A DNA stretch of 64,000 nucleotides, from NCBI GenBank assembly GCA_963676395.1, contig OY781066.1:2112001-2176000 (forward strand), written 5' to 3'. Positions 59,473 through 64,000 of the stretch are shown here, piece after piece (positions within the stretch are counted from its first letter, which is position 1; every line of letters begins with the position of its first letter). The notes under the pieces were generated by a model. It saw only the letters and a list, made by a program, of their open reading frames with translations, was not told the DNA's origin and did no database searches. Position numbers and translations under genes: made by a program. This DNA comes from a bacterium (GTDB lineage: Bacteria > Fidelibacterota > Fidelibacteria > Fidelibacterales > Fidelibacteraceae).

Positions 59473-60090
59473 ATGGAAAATGATAAAATTAAAGATCCTT
59501 ATGTAACTTGGGAATCGGATACGAATAGATATTTCACCTGGGCTAATATTATTTCTATGCTAAGAATTGTTCTTACCGTTCCGGCTGTATGGCTTTTTGC
59601 TACGGATCGCTGGGAATGGGGATTATTTATTTTAGGTGTATGCGTGATTTCGGATTGGTTGGACGGATATGTTGCCCGCAAAACCAATGAGGTCTCCGAT
59701 TTTGGTAAGCTGATCGATCCCTTGGCAGATAAGGTTGTTGCCGCAGGCATGATCTTGCTTATGATCATTCGCATGGAATTTCCTTTGTGGTTTTTGGTCG
59801 TGTTAATGTTGCGTGATGGTAGCATTTATATCATGAAGCGAATTTTTTATAAGCGCTATAAGATCGTAACAGGGGCGAATATTGCGGGAAAGGCGTTTAT
59901 TTTGGTACTTACCATAGCGGGTGTGCTTTGGTTGCTTGAGTATTATCTGGTTTTAAATCTTTATGCCAATTATATATTATATTTTGATGCATTGCTCATG
60001 ATGATCAGTTGGGGTATCTATATTCAGCAGAGTGTAAAGATGTTTAATGCGAAGAAAAAAGAAACAATAGATAAGCATTCATTTCGCTAA
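59473..60090 (+). CDS. CDP-alcohol phosphatidyltransferase (PgsA-like)
   Basis: ANIISMLR; SDWLDGYVARK...FGKLIDPLADK. Confidence 0.9.
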   Translation: MENDKIKDPYVTWESDTNRYFTWANIISMLRIVLTVPAVWLFATDRWEWGLFILGVCVISDWLDGYVARKTNEVSDFGKLIDPLADKVVAAGMILLMIIRMEFPLWFLVVLMLRDGSIYIMKRIFYKRYKIVTGANIAGKAFILVLTIAGVLWLLEYYLVLNLYANYILYFDALLMMISWGIYIQQSVKMFNAKKKETIDKHSFR

Positions 60091-60145
60091 TATTGGGTAC
60101 CTTCAAGCTTACCCATATTTTTGCAAATTAATCATATGGATTTAT

Positions 60146-61111
60146 ATGGCACTATTTAAAAAGAATACAAAACAAGAACCACAAATAGAATCAAAGAAAA
60201 AAGACCGCTACGAAGAGGGGTTAAGCAAATCTCGCAATCGTTTCAAAGAAGGATTGATGTCCCTTTTTGGCCGAGGTATGAAGATATCCACAGATTTTAT
60301 GGATGAGATCGAAGCATTTTTATATGAATCCGATCTGGGTGTTGATGTCTGTGATATGATCTTAGAAAAGATCGAGTCCGAATCACGTAAGAAAGAATTG
60401 CTTTCATATGAGGATATTCAGGCTGTTATTGCGAATATTTTTTCTGAGATGTTTAAAGATGATGATCTGACGATTTCGGTCGATGATCAAAAGCCTTTTG
60501 TTATTTTAGTGGTTGGTGTAAATGGTGCAGGTAAAACGACTACCATTGGTAAACTGGCCAATCTATATCGTAAGCAAGGCAAGAAAGTGCTTATTGTTGC
60601 CGGAGATACTTATCGTGCTGCAGCTATTGAACAATTGGATGTTTGGGCTCAGCGTGCCGGAGTTGACATTATTAAGAATCTTGCAGCCCAGGCACCCTCA
60701 GGTATAGTTTATGATGGTGTACAAGCCGGATTATCAAGAGGGGTAGATGTTATTCTTATTGATACGGCCGGACGTTTACACAATAAATCACATCTTATGG
60801 ATGAATTGGAAAAGATCCATCGCGTGATTCAAAAGGTTATCCCGGATGCACCGCATGAGACATTACTGGTGCTTGATGGATCGATCGGTCAGAATTCTGT
60901 GGTTCAAGCAGAAGAATTCACCAAGATTACACCTGTTAGCGGTTTAATTGTCACTAAGCTTGATGGCACGGCTAAAGGGGGATCAATGATCTGTATCCGA
61001 AAGAAATTGAATATTCCCGTAAAATATATCGGATTAGGTGAAGCGGTTGAAGATCTGCGTGAATTTGAGCCTGAAAAATATGTTACGGCCTTATTTGATA
61101 AAAAATTATAA
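60146..61111 (+). CDS. ftsY: Signal recognition particle receptor FtsY
   Basis: GVNGAGKTTTIGKLA, DTYRAAA, DTAGRL, TKLDGTAKGG. Confidence 0.97.
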   Translation: MALFKKNTKQEPQIESKKKDRYEEGLSKSRNRFKEGLMSLFGRGMKISTDFMDEIEAFLYESDLGVDVCDMILEKIESESRKKELLSYEDIQAVIANIFSEMFKDDDLTISVDDQKPFVILVVGVNGAGKTTTIGKLANLYRKQGKKVLIVAGDTYRAAAIEQLDVWAQRAGVDIIKNLAAQAPSGIVYDGVQAGLSRGVDVILIDTAGRLHNKSHLMDELEKIHRVIQKVIPDAPHETLLVLDGSIGQNSVVQAEEFTKITPVSGLIVTKLDGTAKGGSMICIRKKLNIPVKYIGLGEAVEDLREFEPEKYVTALFDKKL

Positions 61112-61177
61112 AATCAAATCATTCTAATTCCGTGACCAGCTTTTGTGTTGGTCCGAACTCATAATAAAAGAAATACA

Positions 61178-62461
61178 ATGAAAAAATTTAATATTATATC
61201 TCTCGGTTGCTCGAAGAATCTGGTTGATTCGGAAGAAGTAAAAGGTTTGCTCCTACATGGTGGATTTAAGTATGTAGAAAAGGCTGAGGATTCCGAGGTT
61301 CTAATTATTAACACTTGCGGATTTATTCTTCCTGCCAAAGAAGAGGGTATTAATACCATCCTCGAAGCTATTAAGCTCAAAGAGAACGGAGGTATTAAAT
61401 CCTTGATCGTAATGGGATGCTTATCGCAACGATATAAGAAAGAATTGACGGTAGAATTACCTGAGGTAGATGCTTTTTTTGGTGTGGATGAAATTAAAAA
61501 GATCGCAGATTATTTACTTCACAAAGATGCGCAGGCAGCTCCACGTTCTATGATGACACCAGGTCATTATGCTTTCTTAAAAATAGCTGAAGGGTGTAAT
61601 AATTCTTGTGCATTTTGTGCTATTCCCATTATTAGGGGACCACAAAAGAGTCTTGATCCATCTGTAATTCTAAAAGATGCAGAGAATCTAGCAAAACAGG
61701 GAGTGAAAGAACTGATCGTGATCGCTCAGGATACGACCACCTATGGTTGGGATCTGCGTAAAGATATACGACTACATACATTAATGAAAGAACTTGATGC
61801 CATGGATGCCTTCCCTTGGATCCGCTTGCATTATGCACATCCGGCGCATTTTGATACAAAATTGATTGATGTAATTAATAATTCTAAATCGATCTTGCCT
61901 TATATTGATATTCCTATACAGCATATTAATGCAGAACAAATAAAAAGCATGCGTCGCGGTAAAGATGGTGAGCACATTCGAAAACTAATTAAAACCCTAC
62001 GAGATGAAATTAAAGATCTCGCTTTACGAACAACTGTTATGGTGGGTTATCCAGGCGAAAATGAAGCCGCTTTTAATGAATTGCTAAATTTTGTAAAAGA
62101 AACTCGTTTTGATCGTTTGGGTGGCTTTACTTACTCCCAAGAAGAGGGGACTCCCGCAGTTCCCTTAGGTGATCCTTTGCCAGAAGGTACTAAATCTCGT
62201 CGCTTAGAGGCGATAATGAATGTCCAGAGGGAAATATCACTTGAGAAAAATCAAGCGCTTATAGGGACTAAACAGCTGGTCCTGATTGATGCTTATGATA
62301 AGTTAAGTGGTGATGCTTACGGACGTACCTATCGCGATTCTCCGGATATTGATAATCGTGTTATTATTCCTCGCGAAATGAAAAAAGGTGAGTTTATGGA
62401 GGTGGAGATCACCGATGCGGTGGATTATGATTTGCTTGGGGATATTATAATTGACGAGTGA
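61178..62461 (+). CDS. rimO: Ribosomal protein S12 methylthiotransferase
   Basis: SLGCSKNLVDSE, NTCGFI, KIAEGCNNSCAFCAIP, C-terminal TRAM domain ending YDL. Confidence 0.95.
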   Translation: MKKFNIISLGCSKNLVDSEEVKGLLLHGGFKYVEKAEDSEVLIINTCGFILPAKEEGINTILEAIKLKENGGIKSLIVMGCLSQRYKKELTVELPEVDAFFGVDEIKKIADYLLHKDAQAAPRSMMTPGHYAFLKIAEGCNNSCAFCAIPIIRGPQKSLDPSVILKDAENLAKQGVKELIVIAQDTTTYGWDLRKDIRLHTLMKELDAMDAFPWIRLHYAHPAHFDTKLIDVINNSKSILPYIDIPIQHINAEQIKSMRRGKDGEHIRKLIKTLRDEIKDLALRTTVMVGYPGENEAAFNELLNFVKETRFDRLGGFTYSQEEGTPAVPLGDPLPEGTKSRRLEAIMNVQREISLEKNQALIGTKQLVLIDAYDKLSGDAYGRTYRDSPDIDNRVIIPREMKKGEFMEVEITDAVDYDLLGDIIIDE

Positions 62462-62496
62462 TTGACTCAAAAAGATCAAAGAGGAAAATGAAGAAA

Positions 62497-62536
62497 TAAA
62501 AGCAGGAGTTGGAAATGTCCAACCCCTGCTTTTTTT
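62497..62536. terminator. Bidirectional intrinsic terminator
   Basis: aaaagcaggagttgga-aatg-tccaacccctgcttttttt. Confidence 0.75.
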
Positions 62537-62552
62537 AATGTTTTACATTAAA

Positions 62553-63773
62553 CTACTTATTAGTTATTAGTTTCTTCGGAACGACCGCATCTAACATCTT
62601 AAGTTTTACATAATCGCCCCTGAAATAATAGTATCCAGGATGTACGCTTTGATAGGCATTTCGAGATGAATCTTTAATTAAAAACCAATCGACACCATTT
62701 AAATTCAAATAACCTACAATATGCACGGCATGATCATCACCGGTACTTTCGTTATTAATACGATATTCGCGAGCATCTTGGTTAATGCCTTCTTGTGAAA
62801 TGTCCGCGATCGGAATAAAAGCTATACCAGCATAACGATTATATCCCGGTTCGCTTGTATCACCGCCTATTGGTACCGAATAACCGGCATTGAGTGCCTT
62901 AATGATCGTTTCGTAGAATTTATCAATAGGTAAATTGTAAAATTCTTTTCCTTTCCACCAATGATCAGGGAAAGGGAGGTGATGATATTCATTAAAAGGA
63001 AAGCTAAGAGTCGATTGGATTCCGGTATATTTATCAGAATTAAATTTTATCACCTTCCGGTTAAAGTTTCTGGGAGAATAAGTTTTACCTTCAAATTTAA
63101 ATTCTCTTGGAATAGCTCCCAGATGTTTATCAAGAATACCTAAGATGGCCGACAATGAGGGTCTGATGTCCCAAATATTGTTATTTTTTAGAAAGTTAAG
63201 ATAGGCATTAAGTTCATCGTATAAAGGCCCCGTATCGTATCCGTCTACTGAAAAATTGCCGTTATAAACTTCCTCGGGGATAAGACCAAATTCTTCTATG
63301 ACTTTAAATGTTCCGTTGATTTGAGATCCTGTTCGTATGGTATGCTCACCACGAGATTCAATAAAATGTCGACATTTTTGGTAGGCATCCCAATAAATAA
63401 TATGCATAACGGAAAGTTTAATTTTTTTACCTTGCTGACGATATAGTTCCGATTCGATAAATGATATTCCCGAATGCGCCCAACAAGAGCTTGTAAGACC
63501 TTGATGTTTAGGTGGAAAATGAAAAAAAGATTCAAATTCTTCAGTTGAATTAGGTAATTCAATTCCATTCATTGAAGCAAATAGTTTGTTGTATTTTACA
63601 TCTTCCCAAGATGAAATGATTTTGTCGGTTTGCGCTTGATCCTCAGCTATCTTTGCATTTCGAATCTCTTTGAGTTTGGCATGAACCGGATCTATATACT
63701 TTTCTTTGTAAATGAGATTACTTTGCGCAAAGAGCAAAGAAATCAGAGAAAAGATAATGATGAGTTTTTTCAT
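62553..63773 (-). CDS. Secreted peptidase C1 family (aminopeptidase C-like) cysteine protease
   Basis: QGLTSSCW catalytic Cys, DDHAVHIVG, WFLIKDS; signal peptide. Confidence 0.85.
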   Translation of the reverse strand: MKKLIIIFSLISLLFAQSNLIYKEKYIDPVHAKLKEIRNAKIAEDQAQTDKIISSWEDVKYNKLFASMNGIELPNSTEEFESFFHFPPKHQGLTSSCWAHSGISFIESELYRQQGKKIKLSVMHIIYWDAYQKCRHFIESRGEHTIRTGSQINGTFKVIEEFGLIPEEVYNGNFSVDGYDTGPLYDELNAYLNFLKNNNIWDIRPSLSAILGILDKHLGAIPREFKFEGKTYSPRNFNRKVIKFNSDKYTGIQSTLSFPFNEYHHLPFPDHWWKGKEFYNLPIDKFYETIIKALNAGYSVPIGGDTSEPGYNRYAGIAFIPIADISQEGINQDAREYRINNESTGDDHAVHIVGYLNLNGVDWFLIKDSSRNAYQSVHPGYYYFRGDYVKLKMLDAVVPKKLITNK

Positions 63774-63774
63774 G

Positions 63775-63999
63775 TTAATTCCTTTTTAATAAAAATGATT
63801 CAAATTCCTTAAGCATCTTTCTATGAATCACCGGATTACCCGCAACAATGGTTTTATCGCCGATCTTGTAGGGTAAACCGTCAAATTGTGAAACCACGCC
63901 TCCGGCCTCTTCAATGAGTAGAATACCGGCGGCAACGTCCCAAGGTTTAAGGTGTTGTTCCCAATATCCATCAAATGTTCCTGAAGCCGTAAAGGCCAT
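63775..63999 (-). CDS. suhB: Inositol monophosphatase family, C-terminal part (runs off window end)
   Basis: FDGYWE..LKPWDVAAGILLIEEAGG. Confidence 0.88.
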   Translation of the reverse strand: MAFTASGTFDGYWEQHLKPWDVAAGILLIEEAGGVVSQFDGLPYKIGDKTIVAGNPVIHRKMLKEFESFLLKRN

Positions 64000-64000
64000 A

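Overview
AT-rich bacterial chromosome segment, most likely from an anaerobic FCB-group organism (Marinimicrobia/Fidelibacterota-like). This is inferred from T9SS-type C-terminal domains, a PorV-family barrel, DUF5020/DUF5723-like outer-membrane proteins, ackA and hydE. It is mostly housekeeping and metabolic: guaA 3' end, add, ackA, prfB, carAB, hisS, purine nucleoside phosphorylase, a pullulanase-like GH13, an EF-G paralog, hydE, tRNA-Ser(GCT), mutS, RqcH/NFACT, ftsY, rimO and an inositol monophosphatase 3' end, plus many peptidases and hydrolases. The best candidates for uncharacterised systems are three. (1) A 9-kb four-gene cassette: FG-GAP/CTD protein, TonB-dependent receptor, 1100-aa acidic CTD protein and a dedicated PorV-like barrel, with no SusD. 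(2) A triplicated lipoprotein array with variable N-termini and a conserved KPNxYxYP...EWG domain, bracketed by REP-like palindromes. (3) A cyclophilin/patatin/large lipoprotein/beta-barrel operon whose lipoprotein is frameshifted. Non-coding structure includes an unannotated RAYT transposase remnant with its REPs, a 50-bp hairpin tandem repeat, a REPIN/MITE-like element, heptamer tracts, a recurring TTGnnn-N16/17-TAnATT promoter and probable leaderless genes. No CRISPR array, integrase or intact transposase was seen. All family calls are from motif recognition by eye; no database search was run.
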